Shown here piece after piece: positions 1 to 11,743 of a DNA stretch of 44,094 nt (the first letter of the stretch is position 1; every line of letters starts with the position of its first letter). Origin of the DNA: Anaerolineae bacterium (GTDB lineage Bacteria > Chloroflexota > Anaerolineae > B4-G1 > DUEL01); assembly GCA_041082215.1 (NCBI GenBank), contig JBDOIF010000095.1:1-44094 (forward strand), written 5' to 3'. The position numbers were made by a program, and so were the translations under genes. The notes below the pieces were generated by a model. The model was given only the letters and a program-made list of their open reading frames with translations. It was not told the DNA's origin and ran no database searches.

Positions 1-159
1 GCCGGTCGCCCCCGCCGGTCGCCCCTGCCGGTCGCCCCTGCCGGTCGCCCCTACCTGCCGGTCGCCCCCGCCGGTCGCCCCTGCCGGTCGCCCCTGCCGG
101 TCGCCCCCGCCGGTCGCCCCCGCCGGTCGCCTCTGCCGGTCGCCTACCCGCGGTCGCCC
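1..159. repeat. 13-bp tandem repeat GCCGGTCGCCCCY (10 full copies plus partial ones; runs off the window edge), an amplified half of a GTAG-type REP palindrome
   Basis: Units start at 1,14,27,40,57,70,83,96,109,122,135; the copy at 40-54 reads gccggtcgcccctac, i.e. ends in the CTAC REP terminus. No unique spacers. Confidence 0.9.
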
Positions 160-165
160 ATTCCT

Positions 166-1491
166 CTATCGCCCCACCAATCCGGCGAGTTTCCGGCGCA
201 GCTCGCCGGGGGTGTCCGCCTCCAGTGGGACATATCGGGTGCGGGGGTAGTATTGCTGGAAGAAGGCCCGCAGGTCGGAGGGCCAGCGGCCCGGGTTAAT
301 GGCGATGACCGTCTTATCCTCCAGCGCCCCGATCCCCGCATCGTCGGCGCTGCTCCCGATAGTCCATCGCTTCGCCTCCCAGGCGCCGCTATCCAGGATA
401 GCCTGCACCCATTCCCGACCCGCCCCTGGCGGCAGCAGCACATAGGTCCGTGAGTACTGCTCCCGCGGCAGCCCCCACACCTCAACTGGCCTGGGCCGGG
501 CGGTCAGCGACCGCTCCAGCAGGGGGCGGGCCTCCTCTCCGGCAACGAAAGCGACGCGGTAGGTGCCCGGGAGGGCCGGGGTAAAGGTCCAGCGCCAGGC
601 CGCTCCTTCGGGCGGCTGGGCCGCGGCCGCCACCGCCGCCTGCATCATCCCCCCCTCCGGATCGGTCACCCGCAGGGCTCCGTTCGGAAGGGCCTGGTCC
701 GAGGTCACCATCACCTCGACCGACTCGCCCACCTGCGGCTCTTCCGGCTCAAAACGCATCTCGATCTGGGGCGGGGCTGCCACCACCTCCAGCATCGCAT
801 CGTCCCAGTAGGCGTCGTTGTGCTTGAAGGGCCAGAGGGTACGGGAACGGAGGAAGACCGTCACCTTTTCCCCCTGAGCCTCGGCCTCGACCGGTGGCAC
901 CGGCCGGTAGCCGTTATAGATATGGGCTCCCCGACCCCAGACGACAGTATTGGCATAAGGGTTCGTTCCACCTGTGGGGTCAATGCCGACCCAAAAAGTG
1001 AAATTTCGCGCCGCATCCTCCCGGACCTGACCCTCCAGGGCAAAGAAGTGGCTGCGGCCAACCCCCTCCCCGTCGCTCCAGCGGGGATCGTCCTGATGCG
1101 GGGTGCCCTGAGCGTTCGACCAGGCGTGGGCCCAGGCGGATAACCTGAGCTTGCTCCCTGGCATAACCTTCACCTGTTGCAGGAAACCGCCGTCGTGGAT
1201 GCGGAAGAAGGTGAAGAAAAGGATCGCCTTCTGTCCGGAGTGGACCCGCGCCGCGTCGCCGGTGATCCAGGCGTCCCGCACCTCCGGCTGGGCCCAGCCG
1301 TCCCGGTTCTGTGGATCGTGCTCCACCGGCATCCCGTGCCGAAACCAGACGGTCCACCCCGGCGGGGTGAAGATATTGCCCCGCTCCGCTTCCTCTACCC
1401 GCCCATCGGTGTAGAAGATAAGACAACGGTGGGATTTTTCCTCCGCCCAATCGGCTTCAAAACCGCCGTTACGCAAAAGGTTACCGGGCAT
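166..1491 (-). CDS. Multidomain hypothetical protein: N-terminal carbohydrate-binding-like beta-sandwich, Ig-like segment, uncharacterised C-terminal domain
   Basis: ATG at 1491 (MPGNLLRNGGFE) after a purine-rich SD. NLLxNGGFE, HSGQKA, GIDPTGG and NDAYWDDA motifs resemble CBM-like domains. Confidence 0.75.
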   Translation of the reverse strand: MPGNLLRNGGFEADWAEEKSHRCLIFYTDGRVEEAERGNIFTPPGWTVWFRHGMPVEHDPQNRDGWAQPEVRDAWITGDAARVHSGQKAILFFTFFRIHDGGFLQQVKVMPGSKLRLSAWAHAWSNAQGTPHQDDPRWSDGEGVGRSHFFALEGQVREDAARNFTFWVGIDPTGGTNPYANTVVWGRGAHIYNGYRPVPPVEAEAQGEKVTVFLRSRTLWPFKHNDAYWDDAMLEVVAAPPQIEMRFEPEEPQVGESVEVMVTSDQALPNGALRVTDPEGGMMQAAVAAAAQPPEGAAWRWTFTPALPGTYRVAFVAGEEARPLLERSLTARPRPVEVWGLPREQYSRTYVLLPPGAGREWVQAILDSGAWEAKRWTIGSSADDAGIGALEDKTVIAINPGRWPSDLRAFFQQYYPRTRYVPLEADTPGELRRKLAGLVGR

Positions 1492-1535
1492 AGTTTTCCT
1501 CCTTTCCCCTTCCCCTCGCCGCTCGATCAACCTTC

Positions 1536-1621
1536 ACCATAGAGGCACAGAGGGCCCAGAGTTTCGCGGAGCCTTTCCGGAAAGGGTCAGCTTTCCGCCG
1601 TGTCCTCCGTGACTCCGTGGT
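1536..1621. repeat. Imperfect inverted repeat, ACCACAGAG...CTCTGTGGT-type family
   Basis: accatagaggcacagaggg ... gtgtcctccgtgactccgtggt; related copies at 5028, 10490, 20311, 29200. Confidence 0.7.
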
Positions 1622-1741
1622 TTCCCGTCACCCGATGCTGAGTTTAGCATAAAAGGTTGATAAAGCAAGAAGTTATCTGAGCGTTCGACCTCCTGCGTCT
1701 CCTCCCCCATTCGAACATTCGTGCTCCATTCGAGAACACCC

Positions 1742-1769
1742 TTGCGCTGGCCTCCCGGTGTGATATAAT
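1742..1769 (+). promoter_or_regulatory. sigma70-type promoter with extended -10, probably giving a leaderless mRNA
   Basis: TTGCGC (1742-1747), TGa-TATAAT (1761-1769); GTG start at 1777 lies 7 nt downstream, with no SD. Confidence 0.7.
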
Positions 1770-1776
1770 CCCCCGC

Positions 1777-1974
1777 GTGATCACAAAGCGACAGTTAGGG
1801 GCCTTTATTTTGCTGGTCGGGCTGGCTATCGGCGGCGGCGTCTTCGCCGCGGACTGGGTGGGCGCGGGAAGGTGGGGAGGCTTCGGCCCGCTCCAGCGGA
1901 TCGGGCTGGCGGCCGGGCTTTTCCTCCTTCTCATCGGCGCCCTCCTCTTTCGCCTCGGGGACCGCCCGGCCTGA
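1777..1974 (+). CDS. Small two-TM membrane protein (65 aa)
   Basis: Two hydrophobic helices; first gene of an apparent operon, directly behind the promoter. Confidence 0.75.
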   Translation: MITKRQLGAFILLVGLAIGGGVFAADWVGAGRWGGFGPLQRIGLAAGLFLLLIGALLFRLGDRPA

Positions 1975-1987
1975 ATCCAGAAAGTAA

Positions 1988-3586
1988 ATGATGAAGACGG
2001 CTTTTCCCCGGACCATCAACTCCCTCACCCTTTTCCTGACCCTCCTGGCCCTGCTGGCGTTTCTTGGCTATCTGGCGGTCTACCTGGTCTACGCCGGGGC
2101 GCTCCTCCGCTGGCCCTACGACTACGACCAGGGGGAAGGGTTCGAGCTTTACGATGCGATCCTTTACAGCCAGGGGGAGTGGCCGTACCGGGATAACGAG
2201 GCCTTTCCCTTCTACGCCTCCAACTACCCGCCCCTCTTTCACCTGCTCATCGTCCCCCTGCTGCCGCTCTTCGGGCCGAGCCTGACTGCTGGCCGGCTGG
2301 TCTCCTTCGCTGCCACGCTGGTCACCGCCGCCGCCATTGGCTATGTGGTGCGAAGAGAGGCGGGGGAGCTGGAGGGACCCATATACCGATGGGCGCTCCC
2401 TGTCCTCTCCGGCCTGGCCTTCCTCTCCTCCAACATTGTCTATCAGATCGGCCCCCTCTGCAGGCTCCACACCACTATGGTGATGTTCGAGACGCTGGCG
2501 GTGGCGGTCCTGGCGGGCTTCCAGCACCCCCGCTGGGGGACCCGCAACCTGCTCCTGGGGCTGCTGCTCCTCCTCTGCGCAGGATACACCAAGCAACTGG
2601 CCGTCTTCACCGTGGCGGCCGCCATCGGCTTCATCTTCCTGCGGGATGTGCGAAAGGGGATCGTGGCAGGGGTGGGGCTGGCGACAGTGGCCGGTCTGCT
2701 CTTCCTGCTGCTCAACCGGGCCACCGACGGACAGTGGACGCTGAACGTTATCCACGCCAACGTCAACGAGTTCGACTACCGCCAGACCCTGGTCCTTCTG
2801 CGTCAGTGGCTTCGGCTGCACCCCGTGCTCATCCTGCTGGCGACGGCCTTGCTGGCCTATGAGCTGTTCTGGGATCGGCTCTCGATTTACGCGCTCTGGT
2901 TGGTCTTCGGCGTGGGGATGGGGCTTCTGAGCGGCAAGTGGGGGGCGGGACCGGCCTACTTCACCACCTCCATCGCCGCCGCCTGTGTGATGGCAGGCCG
3001 GGCGCTCGTCCGGCTGGCGAAGGCCCGTGGTGGAGCCTGGGCCAACGGGGTCCGGCCAGCGGTAGCCCTCCTCTTCCTCATCCAGGCCACCTTCACCCTC
3101 CACCTGCCCACCGGGGGACCGGTCTTCGGGCCGGTGGCCCGGCTGCTGGGGGTGGCGGACCGGCCAGTGCAGGGAGACTGCACCACCTTCTTTTATTACG
3201 ACAGCGGCGGCTATACCCAGTTGGGCCATCTCCTCACCGAAGAGGACTACCGGGCCGGAGCGCGTATCCTGGCCTACGTGCGGGCTTCGGACGGGCCGCC
3301 CTTCAGCGAGGAGGCCAGCTTCAGCCTGCTGGCCGGCCGGCCAGTGGTGACCAACCCGACCCAGTTGCTCAACCTCTACAAAAACAACCTGCTGGATACC
3401 TCGGAGATCGTCCAGTGGATCGAGGCGGAGCGGTTCGGCGTGGTGGTCTTCCGGGCCCAGTTCTACCCCCAGCCGGTGCTGGAGGCCATCGGGCAGCATT
3501 ACCGGCCTGTGGAGCACATCTGTATGAACGGCTTCTACTACCATATCCTGCTGCCGGACCGACGGCTGGGGAATCGGGAGAAATGA
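1988..3586 (+). CDS. Polytopic GT-C fold glycosyltransferase (ArnT/PMT-like)
   Basis: Acidic first loop (YDYDQGEG), YPPLF motif, TKQ motif, many TM helices, soluble C-terminal domain. Confidence 0.75.
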   Translation: MMKTAFPRTINSLTLFLTLLALLAFLGYLAVYLVYAGALLRWPYDYDQGEGFELYDAILYSQGEWPYRDNEAFPFYASNYPPLFHLLIVPLLPLFGPSLTAGRLVSFAATLVTAAAIGYVVRREAGELEGPIYRWALPVLSGLAFLSSNIVYQIGPLCRLHTTMVMFETLAVAVLAGFQHPRWGTRNLLLGLLLLLCAGYTKQLAVFTVAAAIGFIFLRDVRKGIVAGVGLATVAGLLFLLLNRATDGQWTLNVIHANVNEFDYRQTLVLLRQWLRLHPVLILLATALLAYELFWDRLSIYALWLVFGVGMGLLSGKWGAGPAYFTTSIAAACVMAGRALVRLAKARGGAWANGVRPAVALLFLIQATFTLHLPTGGPVFGPVARLLGVADRPVQGDCTTFFYYDSGGYTQLGHLLTEEDYRAGARILAYVRASDGPPFSEEASFSLLAGRPVVTNPTQLLNLYKNNLLDTSEIVQWIEAERFGVVVFRAQFYPQPVLEAIGQHYRPVEHICMNGFYYHILLPDRRLGNREK

Positions 3587-3589
3587 AGG

Positions 3590-4087
3590 ATGGAGGCAAC
3601 CGATTTCCGTTGTCCTACCTGTGGAAGCAGGGCGCTGACCCCCAATCCGGATGGAAGCCTCACCTGCGCCCGCTGCGGGGGGGTGTGCGAGCCAGCCAGC
3701 CGGGTATGCCCGGACTGCGGGGCGGCTAACCCGCCGGAGGTGGAACGGTGTATTGCCTGCGGCTGCCTGCTCAATCTGGTGGATTTGATCCTGGAGGCCC
3801 GCCTTGTTCCTCCCGGCAGGCGTCTGGAGCAGGCGAAGCTGCAGGCCGAAACGGTGAAGGAGGAACTGGAAGCAGCATCACAGGAACGGCTGCAGAGATG
3901 GTGGGAAGAGGAGGCGGAGCGCCGCCGGGCGATGGCGCGGGCTCAGATGGAACGGGACCGGCAGGAACGACAGCTCATCCTGGGAGCTGTCATCTTCGCT
4001 GTGCTGGTCATGGCGGCTATCCTCATCTACGTGGCGGTGACCGCTACCGGCCCCGGCACCCCCACGCCCACCCCAGTCCCCCTGTAG
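3590..4087 (+). CDS. Double zinc-ribbon protein with coiled coil and C-terminal TM helix
   Basis: CPTC/CARC/CPDC/CIAC, E/R-rich helix, hydrophobic segment, PT tail. Confidence 0.8.
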   Translation: MEATDFRCPTCGSRALTPNPDGSLTCARCGGVCEPASRVCPDCGAANPPEVERCIACGCLLNLVDLILEARLVPPGRRLEQAKLQAETVKEELEAASQERLQRWWEEEAERRRAMARAQMERDRQERQLILGAVIFAVLVMAAILIYVAVTATGPGTPTPTPVPL

Positions 4088-4165
4088 CAGGACCGGAGCT
4101 ATTCAATCCTTTCTCACCACTGTCGCAAGTGCGTGATTCCTGATAGAGTGGTTAAGGAGGAGGGT

Positions 4166-5017
4166 ATGGTCGGTGTGCTGACGGATACGACGGCCAGCAT
4201 CCCCAGCTCACTGGTGGAGAAGCTGAAGATCGAGCTGGTGCCCTACTATGTCCATCGGGGCCTGGAGACGCTGCGAGATATGATAGATGTGGGGCCGGAG
4301 GAGTTCGCCCACTACCTGGAGACCGCCTCCCAGCTCCCCACCACCTCCAACCCCGGTCCGGGGGATTATCTGAATGGGTTGCAGCGGCTGGCGGAGCGGA
4401 CACAGGAGGCAGTGGTGCTGACGATGACCTCAAAGGGGAGCGGCGCCTACCAGTCCTGCCGGGCGGCAGTGGAGATCCTGCGGGAGCGGCTGCCACAGAT
4501 GCGGGTGGAGATCGTGGACACCCTTCAGGTCGCCATGTCCCAGGGATGGGCAGCCATCGAGGCGGCACGGGCGGCGCTGGCGGGGCTGAGCCTGGGAGAG
4601 GTCGTGGCGCGGGCCAGAGAGGTCGCCGGTAAGGTGATGATGATTCAGACCGCCGACACGCTCCGTTACCTCTATATGGGGGGGCGCATCGGACGGGCTC
4701 AGCACCTGATGGGCTCGCTGCTCAACATCAAGCCGCTCATCGGCATGGAGGATGGGGTGATCGTGGCACTGGGCACCGCCCGCAGCCGGGCGAAGGCGTA
4801 TGCCCGGATGGTGGAACTGATGTGCCAGCGGGTGGGGGAAGGAGCGCGCATCAAAGTAGCCTTCACCCATGTGGCGGCGATGGATCAACTGGAGCGGCTG
4901 CGAGAGCGGGTGCTGGCCCACTTCGAGTGCGTCGAAGTCCTTATCTCCGCCCTCTCCCCCGCCCTGGCCGTCCACTCCGGCCCGGGAACGGTGGGGTTGA
5001 GCTTTTTCCCGATCTGA
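4166..5017 (+). CDS. DegV/FakB family fatty-acid-binding protein
   Basis: TDTTASIP, PTTSNP, SGAYQS, YLYMGGRIG, LNIKPLI, HSGPG motifs; SD AAGGAGG before ATG 4166. Confidence 0.93.
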   Translation: MVGVLTDTTASIPSSLVEKLKIELVPYYVHRGLETLRDMIDVGPEEFAHYLETASQLPTTSNPGPGDYLNGLQRLAERTQEAVVLTMTSKGSGAYQSCRAAVEILRERLPQMRVEIVDTLQVAMSQGWAAIEAARAALAGLSLGEVVARAREVAGKVMMIQTADTLRYLYMGGRIGRAQHLMGSLLNIKPLIGMEDGVIVALGTARSRAKAYARMVELMCQRVGEGARIKVAFTHVAAMDQLERLRERVLAHFECVEVLISALSPALAVHSGPGTVGLSFFPI

Positions 5018-5027
5018 AGACCTCTGA

Positions 5028-5122
5028 CCCCAGAGACGCAAAGGACACGGAGCATCTCGACCTCTCTCCGTGTCCCAGCGTCCCCATATCTCCGCGTCTC
5101 TGCGTTCCCGCGTCCCCGCGTC
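5028..5122. repeat. Intergenic imperfect inverted repeat with 8-bp periodic arm (CCCCGCGT-like)
   Basis: ctccgtgt cccagcgt ccccatat ctccgcgt ctctgcgt tcccgcgt ccccgcgt, between convergent degV and clpC. Confidence 0.7.
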
Positions 5123-5127
5123 CAATC

Positions 5128-7620
5128 CTACCGCGTCTGCAGGCTGGACTCCGGCATATGGACCGTCTGTCCTGCCTCCAGCGGCTCCATCCGGGAGAAG
5201 ACCACCCCCTCCTCGCCGACGTCCACCAGCACCCGGTCGCCGCTCCTGAACTCGCCCCGGAGCAGCCGGACGCTGAGCGGGCTTTCCACGTGCCGCTGGA
5301 GGGCACGCCGCAGGGGACGGGCGCCGAATTGAGGGTCGTACCCCTCGCGGGCCAGCCACTTGCGGGCCGCTTCGGTCAGCTCCACCTCCAGCCCCTGCTC
5401 CGCCAGCCGGGCCGAAATCTCCCGCATCTGCAGGTCCACGATCCGCTCCACCTGCTCCAGCGTCAGCCGGTTGAAGATGATGATCTCATCCACCCGGTTG
5501 ATGAACTCCGGCCGGAAGACCTCTTTCAGCGCCCTTTCGATCCGGCGGCGGGCTTCTTCTTCCTCTCTGCTCTCCTCGCCAGCCCGCAGGAACCCCAGCG
5601 TGCCACCCTTCTCCGCAAACTCCGTCCCCACGTTAGAGGTCATAATGATGACCGTGTTGCGAAAGTCCACCGTGCGGCCCTGACCATCGGTGAGCCGGCC
5701 GTCGTCCAGGATCTGGAGGAGGGAATGGAGCACCTCGGGGTGAGCCTTCTCGATCTCGTCGAAGAGGATCACCTGGTAGGGACGGCGACGGACCGCCTCG
5801 GTGAGCTGTCCGCCCTCTTCGTAGCCGACATAGCCAGGTGGAGCGCCGAAGAGGCGGGAGACGGTGTGGTGCTCGTGATATTCGCTCATATCAATACGCA
5901 GCAGGGCATCGTCGTCGTCGAAGAGGAACCAGGCCAGCGCTTTGGCCATTTCCGTCTTGCCCACCCCCGACGATCCGAGAAAGATGAAGGAGCCGATGGG
6001 ACGGCGGGGGTCCTTCAGGCCGGAGCGGCCCCGCCGGATGGCGTCGGCGACGGCAGCCACGGCCTCGTCCTGGCCGACGATCCGCTCATGAAGCGCCTCC
6101 TCCATCCGCAGCAGCTTCTCCGCCTCCGTTTCCATCATACGGGCTACCGGGATGCCGGTCCAGGAGGCCACCACTTCGGCGATATCCTCTTCGCTCACCG
6201 TCTCATCCAGTTGGTGCTCCTTCTGCCACCGCTCCCGCTTCGCCCCGAACTCCTCCTCCAGGGCCAGCCGCTGGCTTCTCAACATCATCGCTCGCTGGTA
6301 GTCCCGCTCGCTGTGGGCAGCCTCCTCCTCCATCTGCAGCCGGTTGATCTCCCCCTGCATCTGCTTCAGGTCGGGCGGTAGGGTGTACAGGGCCACACGC
6401 AGCTTGGCCGCTGCCTCGTCTACCAGGTCTATGGCCTTGTCGGGCAGCCGCCGGTCGGTGACATATCGGTGGGAAAGCCGGGCTGCGGCGATCAGCGCCT
6501 CATCGGAGATGTGGACCCGGTGGTGGGCCTCGTACCGATCCCGCAAACCGCGCAGCATCTCGATGGTCTCCTCGACGGTCGGTTCGTCCACGAAGACCGG
6601 GGCAAAGCGGCGCTCCAGCGCGCCGTCCTTCTCGATATATTGACGGTACTCATCCAGCGTGGTGGCTCCGATGCACTGAAGCTCCCCACGGGCCAGGGCT
6701 GGCTTCATCATGCTGGAGGCATCCAGCGCACCAGATGCTGCTCCTGCCCCGACAACGGTGTGAAGCTCGTCAATGAAGAGGATGATCTCCCCCTGCGCCC
6801 GCTGAACCTCCTCGATGGCGGTCTTCAGCCGCTCTTCGAACTCCCCCCTGAACCGGGTACCGGCCACCATCGCTGCCAGGTCGAGCTGGACCACCCGCCG
6901 GCCCTTGAGGATCTCCGGCACATCGTCGGAGACGATCTTCTGGGCCAGCCCTTCGACGATGGCCGTCTTCCCTACCCCCGGCTCGCCGATGAGGACCGGG
7001 TTGTTTTTGGTGCGGCGGACCAGTATCTGGATCACCCGCAGGATCTCCGCGTCCCGCCCGATCACAGGGTCGAGCTTTCCCTCGCGGGCCATCTGGGTCA
7101 GGTCGCGGCTGAACTTTTCCAGGGTGCGGTAGCGGGTCTCGGCCCGGGGGTCCGTGACCCGCTGGCCGCCCCGCACCTCCTGGATTGCCTCATAGATGCG
7201 GGCTTTGATGACCCCCGCCTCGGCCAGAATGCGGGCCACATCGCCGGTCCGGTCGCTGACGATGGCGAGAAAGATGTGCTCGGTAGAGATGTATTCGTCC
7301 TTGAGGCGGTTTGCTTCGTCGTTGGCCATATCCAGCACCCGCTTCACCCGGGGCGTGATAAAGACCTGCCCCAGATTCCCCCGGCCGTAGATACCCGCCT
7401 TGGGGCTGGAACGCAGGACCTCATCCAGCCGGCTTTTGATAAGCTCCACATCCGCCCCCAGGATTTCCAGGAGCTGAGGGACCACGCCTTCCGGCTGTTC
7501 CAGCAGGGCCAGCAGGATGTGTTCGGTATCAACCTGTGTATGGCCGTAGCGGTTCATGATCTCCACAGCCCGCTGGGCCGCGTCCTGAGCCCGCTCGGTG
7601 AAACGGTCCATTCGCATCAT
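5128..7620 (-). CDS. clpC: ClpC-type Hsp100 AAA+ ATPase (ClpP partner)
   Basis: Clp N-domain, two Walker A motifs ([16 protein letters not shown]), short UVR-like middle domain, LGF ClpP-docking loop (GGTLGFL). Confidence 0.88.
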   Translation of the reverse strand: MMRMDRFTERAQDAAQRAVEIMNRYGHTQVDTEHILLALLEQPEGVVPQLLEILGADVELIKSRLDEVLRSSPKAGIYGRGNLGQVFITPRVKRVLDMANDEANRLKDEYISTEHIFLAIVSDRTGDVARILAEAGVIKARIYEAIQEVRGGQRVTDPRAETRYRTLEKFSRDLTQMAREGKLDPVIGRDAEILRVIQILVRRTKNNPVLIGEPGVGKTAIVEGLAQKIVSDDVPEILKGRRVVQLDLAAMVAGTRFRGEFEERLKTAIEEVQRAQGEIILFIDELHTVVGAGAASGALDASSMMKPALARGELQCIGATTLDEYRQYIEKDGALERRFAPVFVDEPTVEETIEMLRGLRDRYEAHHRVHISDEALIAAARLSHRYVTDRRLPDKAIDLVDEAAAKLRVALYTLPPDLKQMQGEINRLQMEEEAAHSERDYQRAMMLRSQRLALEEEFGAKRERWQKEHQLDETVSEEDIAEVVASWTGIPVARMMETEAEKLLRMEEALHERIVGQDEAVAAVADAIRRGRSGLKDPRRPIGSFIFLGSSGVGKTEMAKALAWFLFDDDDALLRIDMSEYHEHHTVSRLFGAPPGYVGYEEGGQLTEAVRRRPYQVILFDEIEKAHPEVLHSLLQILDDGRLTDGQGRTVDFRNTVIIMTSNVGTEFAEKGGTLGFLRAGEESREEEEARRRIERALKEVFRPEFINRVDEIIIFNRLTLEQVERIVDLQMREISARLAEQGLEVELTEAARKWLAREGYDPQFGARPLRRALQRHVESPLSVRLLRGEFRSGDRVLVDVGEEGVVFSRMEPLEAGQTVHMPESSLQTR

Positions 7621-7644
7621 TTTTATCTACTCCTTCCCCTTCCC

Positions 7645-7673
7645 ATTATACCACACTGTGGGCCAGGGTAAAG
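7645..7673 (-). promoter_or_regulatory. clpC promoter (extended -10)
   Basis: Minus strand TGgTATAAT at 7653-7645, followed by SD AAGGAG. Confidence 0.7.
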
Positions 7674-7731
7674 CGTTTCCGTCTGAAGCTCGGACGTAAA
7701 TTCGGACATAAACGCTCATCGGCCGCTCCTG

Positions 7732-7821
7732 ACCTCACCCCATCCCCCTCACCCCTCCCCTCTCCTGCCGCGCGGGAGAGGGGAGGGGGTAGGGGGGTGG
7801 AATGAGGGTCGCTCTCCCACC
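7732..7821. repeat. CCTCACCC-CCCTCTCC...[12 protein letters not shown] intergenic palindromic repeat
   Basis: cccctctcc...[17 protein letters not shown]; related copy at 41922-42013. Confidence 0.7.
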
Positions 7822-7861
7822 CTGCCCAAACGCTTGTCCGAACCCTGGTTTCCTTCTTTCT

Positions 7862-10477
<2,616 letters not shown>

Positions 10478-10489
10478 ACTTTTCCACCT

Positions 10490-10550
10490 CCACGCAAAAC
10501 CGCAGAGAACGCAGAGGGCGCAGAGTCTCCCTGAGCGTCCTTTGCGGTGG
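10490..10550. repeat. Inverted-repeat element (GCAGAG periodic family) in the clpB leader
   Basis: ccacgcaaaaccgcagagaacgcagagggcgcagag ... gcgtcctttgcggtgg. Confidence 0.7.
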
Positions 10551-10665
10551 ATCAAAGCCCCATTGGAACCTGCTTATAGAATAGGCGATGAGCATTAGAA
10601 AAACGATGGCACAGTGTTAGAGTCTCATAAGTGCGAGACTGTGCCCAAAGGGAATCCAAGGATTG

Positions 10666-10694
10666 TGGACAGAAAGGGAGACTTGTAGTACAAT
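10666..10694 (+). promoter_or_regulatory. sigma70-type promoter for the 10815-13064 operon
   Basis: TGGACA (10666-10671), 17 nt, TACAAT (10689-10694). Confidence 0.65.
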
Positions 10695-10707
10695 CATCTG
10701 AAAAGTC

Positions 10708-10757
10708 ATAGGGCAGGCTTTCTGGACTGCCTGGACAGCCTGGAAAGGCTGTCCTCC
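10708..10757. repeat. Degenerate REP doublet
   Basis: gggcaggctttctggactgcct followed by ggacagcctggaaaggctgtcc hairpins. Confidence 0.6.
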
Positions 10758-10814
10758 AACTATTTTCGGATAGGCCCTTAGCGCAGGCCTGTAAGAACCG
10801 AGGAGTATATTCAG

Positions 10815-11714
10815 GTGAAGCGGGCAGTCAGCATCAGTCTGGGCAGTTCAACCCGGGATAAGTGTGTAACACTTATCCTGATGGGGCAGGAGATCGCCAT
10901 CGAGCGGATCGGCACCGACGGGGACATCCGGCGGGCCATCCAGCTCTATAACGAGCTGGACGGAAAGGTGGACGCTTTCGGCGTAGGCGGGATTGACCTC
11001 GGCTTCACCGTCGCCGGCCGATACTACCCCCTCCACAGCGCCACCAGGCTGACCGCCGGGGTCCGGCAGACGCCAGTGGTGGACGGCGGCGGGCTGAAGC
11101 ACACCCTGGAGCGGCGGCTGGCCCAGTTCGTCGAACAGGAGATCGGTGACCAGGTCCACCCCAAGCGGGTGCTGATCCCCTCCGGTGTGGACCGGTACGG
11201 GCTGGTCCTCTCCTTCGCCGAGGCCGGGTACGAGCTTCTGATCGGCGACCTCGGTTTTGCCCTGGGGCTTCCTATCCCGATCCGCTCTGTCGTCGCCCTT
11301 CGCCGGCTTGCCCGACTTCTCCTGCCCGTCCTCAGCCATCTGCCCCTGAGCTGGCTCTACCCCACCGGGGAGAAGCAGGAAGAGATCGTCCCCAAGTTCA
11401 CGGCCTGGTACAACTGGGCCACAGCGATCGCCGGTGACTGCCTCTACATCAAACGGCACATGCCCGAACGGCTCGACGGCAAGGTGATCGTCACCAATAC
11501 CACCACCGAGCAGGATGTGGAGCTTTTCCGCCAGCGGGGGGTCCGCTACCTGGTCACCTCGACTCCCCGGCTGGAGGGGCGCTCCTTTGGGACCAATATG
11601 ATGGAAGCCGCTCTGGTCGCTCTGGCAGGCAAAGGCCGGCCGCTGAGTTATGAAGAGCTGGAGGAGATGATGGATTGGCTGGGCCTGGGGCCCTCGATCC
11701 AGCAATTGAATTGA
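10815..11714 (+). CDS. Conserved protein of unknown function (family commonly auto-labelled 'quinate 5-dehydrogenase')
   Basis: GTG start after SD GAGGAG. VSISLGSSxRD, IERIGTDGD, VDGxGLKxTLE, LYPTGEKQ, TNTTT, GRSFGTNxMEA motifs recognised from memory of that family. Confidence 0.75.
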   Translation: MKRAVSISLGSSTRDKCVTLILMGQEIAIERIGTDGDIRRAIQLYNELDGKVDAFGVGGIDLGFTVAGRYYPLHSATRLTAGVRQTPVVDGGGLKHTLERRLAQFVEQEIGDQVHPKRVLIPSGVDRYGLVLSFAEAGYELLIGDLGFALGLPIPIRSVVALRRLARLLLPVLSHLPLSWLYPTGEKQEEIVPKFTAWYNWATAIAGDCLYIKRHMPERLDGKVIVTNTTTEQDVELFRQRGVRYLVTSTPRLEGRSFGTNMMEAALVALAGKGRPLSYEELEEMMDWLGLGPSIQQLN

Positions 11715-11743
11715 CCAACCGGGTCTTTTCAGGAGAGCTGGAT

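Noticed and set aside
1..159. Possible CRISPR array
   Set aside because: Units are 13 bp and contiguous with no unique spacers; no cas genes.
1712..1725. LexA-like box CGAAC-ATTC-GTGCT
   Set aside because: One mismatch in the GAAC-N4-GTTC core and the flanking genes are not repair genes; too weak to call.
10608..10656. CIRCE/HrcA operator upstream of clpB
   Set aside because: AGTCTC-N8-GAGACT does not fit TTAGCACTC-N9-GAGTGCTAA; it looks more like a decayed REP-type palindrome (GGCACAGT...ACTGTGCC).
10815..11714. Literal quinate/shikimate dehydrogenase function
   Set aside because: No shikimate dehydrogenase signature or clear dinucleotide-binding motif seen, and no aromatic pathway context.
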